NCBI GenBank assembly: GCA_048882325.1
Contig: JBHLRS010000003.1
Span: 32,001-96,000, forward strand
Source of the DNA: Candidatus Thorarchaeota archaeon
GTDB lineage: Archaea > Asgardarchaeota > Thorarchaeia > Thorarchaeales > Thorarchaeaceae
Reading direction: 5' to 3'
Length of the DNA stretch: 64,000 bases
The notes beneath the pieces are model-generated. The model made no database searches and was not told where the DNA came from. It saw only the letters and a list, made by a program, of their open reading frames with translations. Position numbers and translations under genes: made by a program. Positions 38,465 to 48,008 of this stretch are shown here, one piece after another. Within the stretch, counting starts at the first letter, position 1, and each line of letters begins with the position of its first letter.

Positions 38465-39406
38465 GTGATTGCAATCCAGACAATCGATGTTCTAATTATC
38501 CAGATAGTCATTTTCTACGGATTCATCCTTGCAGGCTATCTGGTAGCTCGATTGTCGAGAAAGGGTCAGGTTGCGAACAAATATCTCAGCTCATTACTCA
38601 TCAATATACTCGTCCCAATTCTTGTATTCTATGCTCTTCTAACACCAACTCCCATATCGCTATCATTCAATGAGATTGTACTCTTCATTGTGATTGCTAT
38701 TGTTATTCACCTTCTTGGTCCCTCTTTGTTATATCTCCGCTTTCGTAGAGTGGAAATGGAAAATCAAACCAAAGGAGCCCTCTACCTTTGTTCGACCTTC
38801 ACCAATGCTCTTTTTGTACCCTTACCTCTTGCACTGATTTTCTTGGGTTCTATTGCGATGCCATTTGTGATACTGTTTTCATTGACACAGATGGTCCTTC
38901 TCGTCAGTATTGGATCTCTCATAGGATCAACATTTAGTGAGAAGGAAACTGGCCCAAAGAGAATAGTTGAAGATATGATTACATTTCCCCCCCTCCTAGC
39001 GGCAATTCTATCCCTTATTCTCATTGGATTGAATGTTAGACTTCCTGAAGACATAGCTCTAATTCTGTCATTGAACTCGCCATTAACCACGTACCTCGCA
39101 CTTGTTTCGGTAGGTTTAGGTATCGGAATCAGTTTTTCTCTAACCAATATTCGGACTTCACTGAACGTTGTAGCAGTCCGTCAACTAATAGTCCCACTAT
39201 TGGTCATTCCTCTAGTCTTGCTTTCAACCCTACCTACGGTCCCCTTACAGGTACTTTTCTTGGAGGCCCTAATGCCTCCCGCGATACTAACGGTGGTCTA
39301 TGCTTCGGAATTTGATTTGAATGTTGAGATCGCTGCTACAACAGTTACTATAGGCACACTCCTCCTCTTGCTCCTTATCCCAATTCTTTTACTCCTCTTT
39401 GGGTAA
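38465..39406 (+). CDS. AEC-family transporter
   Basis: About 10 TMs; N..F.PLP, PPL.A, MPPA motifs. Confidence 0.82.
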   Translation: MIAIQTIDVLIIQIVIFYGFILAGYLVARLSRKGQVANKYLSSLLINILVPILVFYALLTPTPISLSFNEIVLFIVIAIVIHLLGPSLLYLRFRRVEMENQTKGALYLCSTFTNALFVPLPLALIFLGSIAMPFVILFSLTQMVLLVSIGSLIGSTFSEKETGPKRIVEDMITFPPLLAAILSLILIGLNVRLPEDIALILSLNSPLTTYLALVSVGLGIGISFSLTNIRTSLNVVAVRQLIVPLLVIPLVLLSTLPTVPLQVLFLEALMPPAILTVVYASEFDLNVEIAATTVTIGTLLLLLLIPILLLLFG

Positions 39407-39463
39407 ACATTTCATGCGCAAACTGAAGGCATATATCAAGTCGATATACAAGAACCAAGACTG

Positions 39464-39793
39464 GTGAGTACCTTGGATGAGCGTGAATCTGAAGAAACCA
39501 ATAATCCGGATGAGATAAAGAAGTCACTTGACGACATAGTCAAGAAGCTCGATCAGGACTCTAATGCAAGCAAGAGCTGGGGTGCCTCAGTGTCTTCTCA
39601 TCGTGATGAATGGGAAGAGCTGAAGACGAAGATTCACGATAGGCAAAAAGCACTGAAGCAGTTAGTTGCTGACAAGAGGGCTGGAATAATTGGCATTGAC
39701 GAGTTTAATGAGAAATACAAGAAGATCCAGGATGAACTAACCGAACTTGAGTTTGCAGTCTACAATATGAGGCTTGGAACCAAAGTTCAATGA
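39464..39793 (+). CDS. Small coiled-coil protein
   Basis: Heptad-rich; SHOCT-like G.I..DEF.EK...IQ.EL; SD GGTGA overlaps the annotated GTG so the true start may be slightly downstream. Confidence 0.7.
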   Translation: MSTLDERESEETNNPDEIKKSLDDIVKKLDQDSNASKSWGASVSSHRDEWEELKTKIHDRQKALKQLVADKRAGIIGIDEFNEKYKKIQDELTELEFAVYNMRLGTKVQ

Positions 39794-39803
39794 TATGACT
39801 ACC

Positions 39804-40856
39804 TCATTCAGCACGAGCTCGCATCACCAAAAGTGCTGACTCGATTGCTACCATGATACCAAGTATACCTGATAGTGCAGCTAGACTGAGGTTCACAGTG
39901 TTGTCGATGATATCCTTTGGTCCTTCCTCAATTCCCACAATTAGAGCTGCAAGATTGAAATCCATCATCCAGATATAATTGGATTCCGCAAAAGATATGG
40001 TCTTCCACCAGACCAATATTCCACCGTAATCTGCCTGCAACTGGTATGCAAACTCTCCACTTGCTTGTAACTTCGCCACATCTGAACCAATGATGAGGTC
40101 AATACTCCCATTTCTGATTGCTTGTTGAACTTCAAAGAGTTTTGCTCCTGATATTGTGGTTTCCTCAATTTGAAGAACCGCATCTGTTGTAATCCCAAAC
40201 GCTTTAGCGACATATGCTTCTGCTGGAAAGGCGACCACGGCATGCATGTCCGAAAAGCCATACATATCATCAAGAGACTCGATCTTGTCTTTCAGCTCGC
40301 GGATGGACTCCTCAAACACCATGAAATTCGTGTTCCACTCGTCTGACAACGAACTATTGAGAGTAGTCAATGCTGCTCGGGTGGCATTTGCCACAGCCAA
40401 TGCATTTTCAGGGAGTAGCCAAAATCCATGAGGATTTCCCTGATGATCTTGCTCTTCCAGTTCCTCACCAGGCATTGGTGAATATTCAGCTCCATACTCC
40501 TCATAGTTCTCCATAGCTCCATCACTATGGAACGTGATGTAAGGCGTCGATGTCAGGTTAGCTAATTCTTCCTCCCAGTGAAAATGCCCTGTAAAGACAA
40601 GTAAATCGGCCGCATTTGCACTTGCGATGATTTCAGGAGTTATTGAGAATGCATGAGGTTCTGTTTCTTGCTCTAGCAAGACTGTTGTGTTATAGCGTGA
40701 ACCGCCAATTACCTGAACAATCCCCGCCAGAGAGGAAACTGAAACTCCAATACTAGGTGAATTTGTAGTCTGGGCATTGCCCTCGATAGTCACTCCACTC
40801 ATTATGATGGGTAATAGAAACAGAATGAGTGGGACTATTGACACTTTCCTCCGCAT
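39804..40856 (-). CDS. Zn/Mn-type ABC substrate-binding protein with C-terminal TM anchor
   Basis: EPHAF.ITP, NPHGFWL.P. Confidence 0.85.
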   Translation of the reverse strand: MRRKVSIVPLILFLLPIIMSGVTIEGNAQTTNSPSIGVSVSSLAGIVQVIGGSRYNTTVLLEQETEPHAFSITPEIIASANAADLLVFTGHFHWEEELANLTSTPYITFHSDGAMENYEEYGAEYSPMPGEELEEQDHQGNPHGFWLLPENALAVANATRAALTTLNSSLSDEWNTNFMVFEESIRELKDKIESLDDMYGFSDMHAVVAFPAEAYVAKAFGITTDAVLQIEETTISGAKLFEVQQAIRNGSIDLIIGSDVAKLQASGEFAYQLQADYGGILVWWKTISFAESNYIWMMDFNLAALIVGIEEGPKDIIDNTVNLSLAALSGILGIMVAIESALLVMRARAE

Positions 40857-40893
40857 TGTATCAATCTCTCCTGCACATCATCTAGCCAAATCC

Positions 40894-40921
40894 TTAATAA
40901 CAATTATGAAATAGTTACTAA
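40894..40921. promoter_or_regulatory. Putative NikR/RHH operator in the divergent promoter
   Basis: TTAATAAC-N12-GTTACTAA inverted repeat (7/8 match). Confidence 0.55.
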
Positions 40922-40945
40922 TCGAATCTATTTGGGGTGCTATTG

Positions 40946-41350
40946 TTGCCTTTCAAACCTATTGCTTTCTCCATGACAGAAGAAGACCTTGAGGAGCTCG
41001 AATTTCTCAAGAAGGCTGGTGAATTCTCAAATCGGTCTGATGTGGTCCGGCATGCAGTCAAAGCACTAATGTCAGAATATAGAAAAATCGAAAGCGCTCA
41101 GGGAGTCGTCACTGCAGTGTTCACAGCACTCTATTACAAAAAAGGGCAAGGTCACAACATCCGCACTGTTCAACACGAATTCAAGGATCAAATTTCAGCA
41201 ACAATTCATTCTCACACAGATGAGGGCTCTTGTATCGAAGTAATGATTGTCACAGCAAAAGCTGATATCGTGCGTGACTTTCTCAAAAAGCTCCGAGCTC
41301 AAAAGAAAGTTCAGAAAGTAGAAGCACACCTCATCGGAGGGAGCAATTGA
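40946..41350 (+). CDS. NikR-family ribbon-helix-helix metal regulator
   Basis: NRSDVVR RHH; QHEF...HSH.....C metal ligands. Confidence 0.85.
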   Translation: MPFKPIAFSMTEEDLEELEFLKKAGEFSNRSDVVRHAVKALMSEYRKIESAQGVVTAVFTALYYKKGQGHNIRTVQHEFKDQISATIHSHTDEGSCIEVMIVTAKADIVRDFLKKLRAQKKVQKVEAHLIGGSN

Positions 41351-42153
41351 TGGCATCTGTTCATCTGTTTGATGCACAAGATCTAGCAGTTCGTTATCCG
41401 AATGGTGAGCTCGCACTGCATGATGTTTCATTTAAGATAAAGTCTCCAAGTTTCATGGCCATAATTGGACCAAATGGCTCTGGAAAATCTACTTTGATAA
41501 AGGCCTCTCTAGGACTTATCAAACTCTTCAAAGGAAGCATCAAAGTCAGCGGTCATGATTCTGTAAAAAACGCAGGTAAGATCAGAAAGATTGTGAGATA
41601 TGTACCCCAACGAGACCGTATTGAACTAACTGTACCTATGAAGGTAAAAGATATTGTTCTTATGGGTAGACTTCTGAAGAAACTTCCACCTCGGTTTACG
41701 ACATCCAAGGACATCAAAAACGCGAGAGAGGCATTGGAGCAGGTAGATATGATTGATTTGTGGGATCGGCCATTCCCAGAACTATCAGGTGGTCAAAGAC
41801 AGAGAGTCCTAGTGGCTCGAGCTTTGGCAAGCGATGGTTCTATCCTTGTGCTTGATGAGCCTCTAGCTGGTACAGATGTTGAGAGTCAGGACTTAATTGT
41901 AGACGCGCTGGGTAGATATCATAAGGAAAATGATGTCAGTATTGTGATGGTAACACATGACCTTAATCCAATACATACTCTTGTGCAGGATGTTTTGCTT
42001 CTCAAGAACACTGTGATCGGAATTGGTGAGCCTTGCTCAGTCATGGATCCCGAACTGATGAAACTGGTATATGGTCCAACTGCAAGAATAGTAGAGCATT
42101 CAGGACATCGTTACTGTGTGACCCGTGACTCAGGAATTGATCGTCATGATTGA
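41350..42153 (+). CDS. Metal ABC transporter ATPase (ZnuC-like)
   Basis: GPNGSGKS, YVPQ, LSGGQRQR, LDEP, VTHD. Confidence 0.92.
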   Translation: MASVHLFDAQDLAVRYPNGELALHDVSFKIKSPSFMAIIGPNGSGKSTLIKASLGLIKLFKGSIKVSGHDSVKNAGKIRKIVRYVPQRDRIELTVPMKVKDIVLMGRLLKKLPPRFTTSKDIKNAREALEQVDMIDLWDRPFPELSGGQRQRVLVARALASDGSILVLDEPLAGTDVESQDLIVDALGRYHKENDVSIVMVTHDLNPIHTLVQDVLLLKNTVIGIGEPCSVMDPELMKLVYGPTARIVEHSGHRYCVTRDSGIDRHD

Positions 42154-43075
42154 AATCATCCAACTCATCATCGACAGCCCATTTCTTCAACGAGCTCTCA
42201 TTGCAGCGATTTTGATAGCACTGGTAGCCGCGGCGAGTGGCACCTTTCTTGTCTTTCGCGGTCTTTCTTTTATGGCGTCAGGTGTTGCACATGCTGCGTT
42301 GGGTGGAACAGCCCTAGGCATTTTTCTTCAAGACTCTGGTCTAGTCCCATGGTTTGATCCGATACTTGGTGCTTTATTGTTCAGCGTACTTGTAGCAGTT
42401 TTCACTGGTTATGCAGGAGAATCAGGCATCACGCAAAAGATGGAGGTAGCTGTTGGAGTATCGTTTGCGCTATCAATGAGTCTTGCTGTCTTCTTGATGT
42501 ACTATATACCACCTTATCGAGTTCCACAGATATGGGGCTATCTGATTGGTGATATCCTTCTCCTGAATAATCTCGATGTCATCTTATTAGCAAGTACCGC
42601 TATTCTGCTAGGTTTCATTACTCTGCTTTTCAACAAAGAATTCGTCTATGTGAGCGTAGATATGGAGGGTTCTGTAGCACATGGGATGAATGCTCGAGCA
42701 TACCACTATCTGATGCTAGTTGCATCTGCTCTTGCAATAGCCCTCGCTACTAAAGCTGTTGGGGCTATTCTAGTCTACGCTGTCATGGTCGCTCCTGCTG
42801 CTGCATCCAATGAGATTGTGAAATCAGTTCGTGGAGTTATTATCTCTGTATTTCTCATTGCAATTGTTGCGGAATTTGTTGGAATTGCAGCTTCATTTGT
42901 CGTCTTTGTTTCTCCAAGTGCAATTGCTGGAATTCTTGCTGCTCTATCATATCTTCTAGCACTGCAGGTCAAGCGTGTCCGTGAGAGAGTTCATGTCGAG
43001 CCAAATGATGAGAAGACAGAAGATATGGTTGAGGTATTCAAAGAAGCTTCTATTACTCATGAACACGATCACTAG
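42146..43075 (+). CDS. Metal ABC transporter permease (ZnuB-like)
   Basis: FLQRALIA, AHAALGG, YLIGDIL, VGAILV; HEHDH tail. Confidence 0.92.
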   Translation: MIEIIQLIIDSPFLQRALIAAILIALVAAASGTFLVFRGLSFMASGVAHAALGGTALGIFLQDSGLVPWFDPILGALLFSVLVAVFTGYAGESGITQKMEVAVGVSFALSMSLAVFLMYYIPPYRVPQIWGYLIGDILLLNNLDVILLASTAILLGFITLLFNKEFVYVSVDMEGSVAHGMNARAYHYLMLVASALAIALATKAVGAILVYAVMVAPAAASNEIVKSVRGVIISVFLIAIVAEFVGIAASFVVFVSPSAIAGILAALSYLLALQVKRVRERVHVEPNDEKTEDMVEVFKEASITHEHDH

Positions 43076-43175
43076 CTATATCATCCATTCCAAGTAGAGT
43101 AAACAAGGACGAATCGGTCGGTATGTTTAAGAGCGAACTGAAAATTCTCGATTTCCAAGGTCGGTGCTAAGAAAA

Positions 43176-43574
43176 TTGAGCGATGAGACCCCAGAAAGAA
43201 GCGAGATGATACGCTCCACAATTATTACTGTGCTACTCACTGTAGTCTTTATGGTTTTAGGACTGGCTTTTTGGGCTTGGTCTTCGCCAGATGTCATTGA
43301 AACAAGCCCTGTCGGGGCTATTAATCTCATAAATCCAGCTGTCACTATACTCATCGAAGTCCTAGTTATGCTTATGGTTTTCATCTTCCTCTCCGTGACA
43401 GTGATAAATCTGAGACTGATGCTAAGTAACATTAGAGCTGGTTGGACTGAAGTCGTTGTCATTCTTGCCTTTATCGCTATCGTCACAGTTTCTATGTTTG
43501 GTCTTGGCGTCGGAGCTGCGACTGTGATTCTTTGTCTTGGTTTTGTTGTATACCTTTATCTGCTTCAAGACTGA
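43176..43574 (+). CDS. Small 4-TM membrane protein
   Basis: Hydrophobic ORF; start uncertain (43164 or 43176). Confidence 0.7.
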   Translation: MSDETPERSEMIRSTIITVLLTVVFMVLGLAFWAWSSPDVIETSPVGAINLINPAVTILIEVLVMLMVFIFLSVTVINLRLMLSNIRAGWTEVVVILAFIAIVTVSMFGLGVGAATVILCLGFVVYLYLLQD

Positions 43575-43640
43575 GCACTCCCACTCTTCAGAACTCGCGG
43601 ATGCACCAGAAGCTTTATGAGTATAGGACTTGGATTTCGA

Positions 43641-43776
43641 GTCAGCGCCCAGTGGCAGGAATGCCAAGGGCCAGTAGCAAAGGAGTCCTCACAACTCTTC
43701 GGAATTGTCGGATTGAATATCTTTGGCAAAGTTCTGACTTCCGCTGAGTTCTGTCGACTGCTTGGAGGAAGATATT
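43641..43776 (+). promoter_or_regulatory. Structured 5' leader of psmA
   Basis: TATA-like CTTTATGA at 43613; GNRA hairpin 43647-43671; long hairpin 43693-43750; SD GGAGG at 43764. Confidence 0.55.
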
Positions 43777-44505
43777 GTGTTTGGGATCTCTGGCGCTGGT
43801 TATGATATGAGTACCAGCATATTCAGCCCTGACGGAAGGATATTCGCTGCAGAATATGCAAAGAAGGCAGTAGAACAAGGAGCTACATCTATAGGAATCC
43901 TTGTAGAAGAAGGAGTCATTCTTTTAGCTGAGAAGAAATTGCAGCCCCTTCAAGAACCTGATAGTGTTGAGAAGATTTCAAAGATTGATGAACACGTAGG
44001 TGTAGCAACATCTGGGTTGATGGCTGATGCACGGAAGCTTATTGCTGAAGCAAGAGTAAAAGCTCAGTCCTATTGGTTAACATTTGAAGAGCCAGTCCCT
44101 GCTGAAGTATTGGCTGAGCACATTTGTGATATCAAGGCACAGTTCACACAGGGTGGCGGAGCCAGACCTTATGGCGTCGCAATGATGTTTGGATCAGTTG
44201 ATCATGATGGATCTCCCAGACTGTACGTCACTGATCCTGTGGGAACATATTGGGGTTTTCTGGCATCCATTATTGGACGAGGTGCCACAAGTGCTGGCGA
44301 GGTTCTTGAGAAGAAATACAATCGGAAGATGAGTCTAAATGATGCGATTGAACTTGCAATTGACTCACTCCGTGAAGCTAGCGACAAGAACTTGACTGCA
44401 GACACAATCGAGATTGCCAAGATACCCGTAAAATCACGCACCTTCGAGAAACTCTCGAGTTCTGAGATTGAACACTTCCTCAAAACTACTACGTCCACTG
44501 AATAG
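43777..44505 (+). CDS. psmA: Proteasome alpha subunit
   Basis: GYD....FSPDGRI...EYA, SGLMADAR, RPYGVA, TDP.G. Confidence 0.95.
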   Translation: MFGISGAGYDMSTSIFSPDGRIFAAEYAKKAVEQGATSIGILVEEGVILLAEKKLQPLQEPDSVEKISKIDEHVGVATSGLMADARKLIAEARVKAQSYWLTFEEPVPAEVLAEHICDIKAQFTQGGGARPYGVAMMFGSVDHDGSPRLYVTDPVGTYWGFLASIIGRGATSAGEVLEKKYNRKMSLNDAIELAIDSLREASDKNLTADTIEIAKIPVKSRTFEKLSSSEIEHFLKTTTSTE

Positions 44506-44519
44506 GAGATGACCAACAG

Positions 44520-45251
44520 ATGTCCGGTGGAGGGTCTGGTAAAAAGACTGGTGAGAAATGGCTTGAGCTAGATGCAGTTGTCATTGGTATTCAGAAAGGT
44601 CATCTTCGATTTGAGCTGTTTGTAGATCCTAATCTTGCTTTTGATTACAGACGTGGTGAAGACATTCCGCTTGAAGAGATTTTGAAATCCTATGAAGTTT
44701 ACGAGGATGCAAAACGCGGTGAACGTGCAACAGATAGTCTCGTGAAGGATGCATTTGGATCTGATGAAGTCTTTGACATTGCACCAGAGATTATCAAACA
44801 GGGTGAATTCAGACTGACCCATGAACAACGAGAGCAACTGGTCTCAGAGAAAACTGAGACAATTATTGATCATATAGCTAAACGTGCAATGAATCCTCAG
44901 ACGGGGCACCCCCATCCACCTGATAGAATTCGACAGGCTATGGAAGAAGCAAAGGTCCGTGTCGATCCTTTCATTAGTGTAGATGAGCAAATCCCAACTG
45001 TTGTAAAAGCACTTCGTGTGATTATACCAATCTCCTTTGAGAGTGTAAAACTACAAATCACTCTACCTGCTTCCTTCTCTGGAAAAGGCTACAACATGGT
45101 TGCTACTGCGGGTGTAATCAAATCACAATCATGGGGCCAGGATGGGTCATGGACAGGACTAGTTGAGATTCCTGCACAGAAACGACAGGAACTCTATGAT
45201 GAGCTCAATAAACTGACGAAAGGTCAGATTAGAATCGAAGTCGTCAGATGA
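44520..45251 (+). CDS. Ribosome maturation factor SBDS/Sdo1
   Basis: RFE.FVDP, DAKRGE, NPQT..PHPP.RI..AMEEA. Confidence 0.95.
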   Translation: MSGGGSGKKTGEKWLELDAVVIGIQKGHLRFELFVDPNLAFDYRRGEDIPLEEILKSYEVYEDAKRGERATDSLVKDAFGSDEVFDIAPEIIKQGEFRLTHEQREQLVSEKTETIIDHIAKRAMNPQTGHPHPPDRIRQAMEEAKVRVDPFISVDEQIPTVVKALRVIIPISFESVKLQITLPASFSGKGYNMVATAGVIKSQSWGQDGSWTGLVEIPAQKRQELYDELNKLTKGQIRIEVVR

Positions 45252-45308
45252 GCATGAATGAAGGTAAAGAATTGAAATCATATCATTACAGAATGAGGGA
45301 ATTAATCA

Positions 45309-46214
45309 TTGGCAGTATATTTCCAGAAACGAGAAGTAGTTGTCCCCGGTCAATTGCTTGCAGAAGGTAGGTATAGACCCTCCTTTGGCACATACATCGA
45401 GGATGGCAAGATATTCTCCTCTCTTGTAGGTTTAGCCGAACTAAGAGGAAACACTGTGAAAGTGGTCGCTCTTGAAGGTGCATATATCCCGAAGGAAGGA
45501 GATTTAGTAATTGGAACAATAACTCTAGTTGCAGGTAATAATTGGAAGGTTGACATAGGTGGCCCCTACGGCGCCTCACTTCACGCAAATAATGCGTTAA
45601 GACGACCCTATTCGGATGATATCTCTGAATACATGGATATTGGAGATGTTATCGCGGCAGAAGTCATCGCTTTTGACAGAGGGAGTGGTCCTTTCCTTGG
45701 TATGAAAGGTCGAGGACTCAGGGTGCTTCAGGGTGGAATGGTTCTAAATGTCAGTCCTGCTAAGATACCACGGATTATTGGTAGAAGAGGATCTATGATC
45801 AATATGATCAAAGACCACTTGAATATCCAAACAATGGTGGGCCAGAATGGTCGAATTTGGATACGTGCTCCAAGCACGGAAATTCTGCGGCTTGCAATTA
45901 AGGCGTTCAAGACAATTGAATCTCAAGCACACACATCTAAACTCACTGATAGAATCAGTGCGATGCTTGCTGAAGAGATGAGCGGTCTAACGCCTGAAAT
46001 AGAGCCCGAAGAAGAAAGCAGTCCCGAAGAACCGACATTAGAAACATCGGATGAGGTTGAAACAGAACCAGCACCTGAACCTGAATCGGAAGTGGAGACT
46101 GAAACAGAGCCTGAAGTTGTGACTGAATCAGAGGAGGAATCTGAACCAGTGAAGACTGAGGCTGAAAAAACAGAATTAGATGAGAAACAAACAGAGGAAG
46201 TGAGTGAAGAATGA
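45309..46214 (+). CDS. rrp4: Exosome RNA-binding subunit Rrp4 with long acidic tail
   Basis: VVPGQLL, YIPKEGD.VIG S1 domain, PRIIGRRGSMI KH domain, GQNGRIW. Confidence 0.95.
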   Translation: MAVYFQKREVVVPGQLLAEGRYRPSFGTYIEDGKIFSSLVGLAELRGNTVKVVALEGAYIPKEGDLVIGTITLVAGNNWKVDIGGPYGASLHANNALRRPYSDDISEYMDIGDVIAAEVIAFDRGSGPFLGMKGRGLRVLQGGMVLNVSPAKIPRIIGRRGSMINMIKDHLNIQTMVGQNGRIWIRAPSTEILRLAIKAFKTIESQAHTSKLTDRISAMLAEEMSGLTPEIEPEEESSPEEPTLETSDEVETEPAPEPESEVETETEPEVVTESEEESEPVKTEAEKTELDEKQTEEVSEE

Positions 46215-47029
46215 GTCCTGAAGTAAAGCCCGATTTTCTAATTAGTCCTGAGGGCTTGAGGGTAGATGGTCGAAGAGTTGATGAATTACGACCTATCGAA
46301 CTAAAGGTAGGAGTTCTCAAGCAAGCTGATGGATCAGCATCCATCCGCCAAGGAAAGACCTACATCATTGCTGGTGTATATGGTCCAAGGGAGCTTCACC
46401 CGCGACACTTGACACTGAATGATCGAGCATACCTTAGAGTTGAATATCGTATGGCTACATTTTCTGTCCCTGACAGGAAGAGACCTGCTCCATCTCGAAG
46501 AGAGAAAGAGATCTCTATGGTAATAGCTAATGCTTTGAAACCAGCACTATTCCTTGCGGAGTTTCCGAAAGCAGTGGTTGATGTTTTCATTCAGGTGATT
46601 CAAGCTGACGGTGGAACACGATGTGCTGCGATTAACGCAGCCTCATTGGCACTGGCTGATGCAGGGATTCCTATGAGGAGTCTTGTTCCTGCTGTTGCTG
46701 TAGGCAAAGCAGACGGCAAACTTCTAGTTGACCTCGGAGATGAGGAAGACAAGTACGGTCAAGGTGATGTGCCTATGGCAATAATCCCGACCACAGACGA
46801 AATCACACTACTTCAGCAAGACGGATCCTTCACACGTGAGGAACTTGCTGAAGCAATGCAAATGGGAATTAACTCCTGCAAATATCTCCATGAGCTACAG
46901 AAAGAAGCACTTCGACGTGCCTATGTCAAGAAAACCACTGAAAATGGTGATGAAGACGATGATGAGGATGACTTTGAAGACGACCTAGAAACAGATCTAG
47001 GAGAAGCTGAATTGATGGAGGATGAATAA
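46211..47029 (+). CDS. rrp41: Exosome catalytic subunit Rrp41
   Basis: R.DGR...ELRP, ADGSA, YGPRE, QADGGTR, DAGIPM. Confidence 0.96.
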   Translation: MSPEVKPDFLISPEGLRVDGRRVDELRPIELKVGVLKQADGSASIRQGKTYIIAGVYGPRELHPRHLTLNDRAYLRVEYRMATFSVPDRKRPAPSRREKEISMVIANALKPALFLAEFPKAVVDVFIQVIQADGGTRCAAINAASLALADAGIPMRSLVPAVAVGKADGKLLVDLGDEEDKYGQGDVPMAIIPTTDEITLLQQDGSFTREELAEAMQMGINSCKYLHELQKEALRRAYVKKTTENGDEDDDEDDFEDDLETDLGEAELMEDE

Positions 47030-47030
47030 G

Positions 47031-47858
47031 ATGGGAGATTATAGTACAGAAACAATCAGTCACATTGACCGCGAGTTCATTTCCGACCTCCTGAGGAAAG
47101 GAGAGCGTCTTGATGGGCGGGCATTCAACGAATATCGTGACATTGAGATTGAGGCTAATGTTGTTGCAGCGAAAGCCGAAGGTTCAGCTCTTGTCAGGCT
47201 TGGTGACACAACGGTAGTTGCTGGTGTCAAGGTGCTTGTTGGTGAACCTTACCCAGACTCGCCTGATGAAGGAGTCACTATGGTCACCGCTGAGATGTCT
47301 CCAATAGCATCACCACTATTCGAATTGGGTCCGCCCAAGGAAGATGCAATAGAACTTGCACGAGTGGTTGACAGAGGCGTGCGTGAATCAGAAACGGTGG
47401 ATGTCAAGAAACTCTGTATTAGAGAAGGCAAGAAGGTCTACATGGTTTTCGCAGACGTTTATCCAATGGAGTACGATGGCAACCTTATTGATGCATCATC
47501 AATCGCAGTCAATGCAGCCCTGCTTACAACAAAGTATCCTGAAATAAAATGGGAGGATGATAAGCTTGTTTCTACAGGTGAGATTCTCTCCCTTCCAATA
47601 AACAATGTAGCAGTAGAGCATACAGTAGCAAAGATCGATGAACATCTGATCCTTGATACGATACTAAAGGAAGAATTCGTTCAGGACTGTAGACTAACCA
47701 TGGCTATTGATAAGGAAAAGAACTTCACAGCTATGCAGAAAGGTGGTGGATCCGGTCCCATATCTTTGGAGCTAATCGACCAAGCTATGGAAATGGCTCT
47801 AGTGGCAAGCGAGGACATCCACAAAGTCATCAATGAGGCTGTAAAGTCAGTTGAGTAG
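47031..47858 (+). CDS. rrp42: Exosome subunit Rrp42
   Basis: RLDGR...EYR, AEGSA.V.LG.T, ELARVVDRG.RES, DGNL.DA. Confidence 0.96.
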   Translation: MGDYSTETISHIDREFISDLLRKGERLDGRAFNEYRDIEIEANVVAAKAEGSALVRLGDTTVVAGVKVLVGEPYPDSPDEGVTMVTAEMSPIASPLFELGPPKEDAIELARVVDRGVRESETVDVKKLCIREGKKVYMVFADVYPMEYDGNLIDASSIAVNAALLTTKYPEIKWEDDKLVSTGEILSLPINNVAVEHTVAKIDEHLILDTILKEEFVQDCRLTMAIDKEKNFTAMQKGGGSGPISLELIDQAMEMALVASEDIHKVINEAVKSVE

Positions 47859-47868
47859 ATAACAATGA

Positions 47869-47893
47869 GATGATGGGGGCACCCCCAATCATC
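47869..47893 (+). terminator. Hairpin after rrp42
   Basis: GATGATGGGGG-CA-CCCCCAATCATC followed by CATTTC. Confidence 0.5.
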
Positions 47894-48008
47894 CATTTCA
47901 TACTCACAAATAGATAGCTTATTAAGAAAAACTGCTGGGCGACTGATAGGTTCCAGCAGCCTAACCTCACCCCATTTGGAGTGAAGCAGAAACCAAGGAG
48001 ACCCAACA

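Noticed and set aside
39464-39793. ESCRT-III/CdvA-like protein
   Set aside because: Only generic coiled-coil and SHOCT-like character, too short, and no ESCRT neighbours.
43572-43805. TGA readthrough of the 4-TM gene into ORF 43617-43805, with the hairpin acting as a SECIS
   Set aside because: The extension has no redox motif, would overlap psmA, and the stem between TGAA and TGAC is too short for a canonical SECIS.
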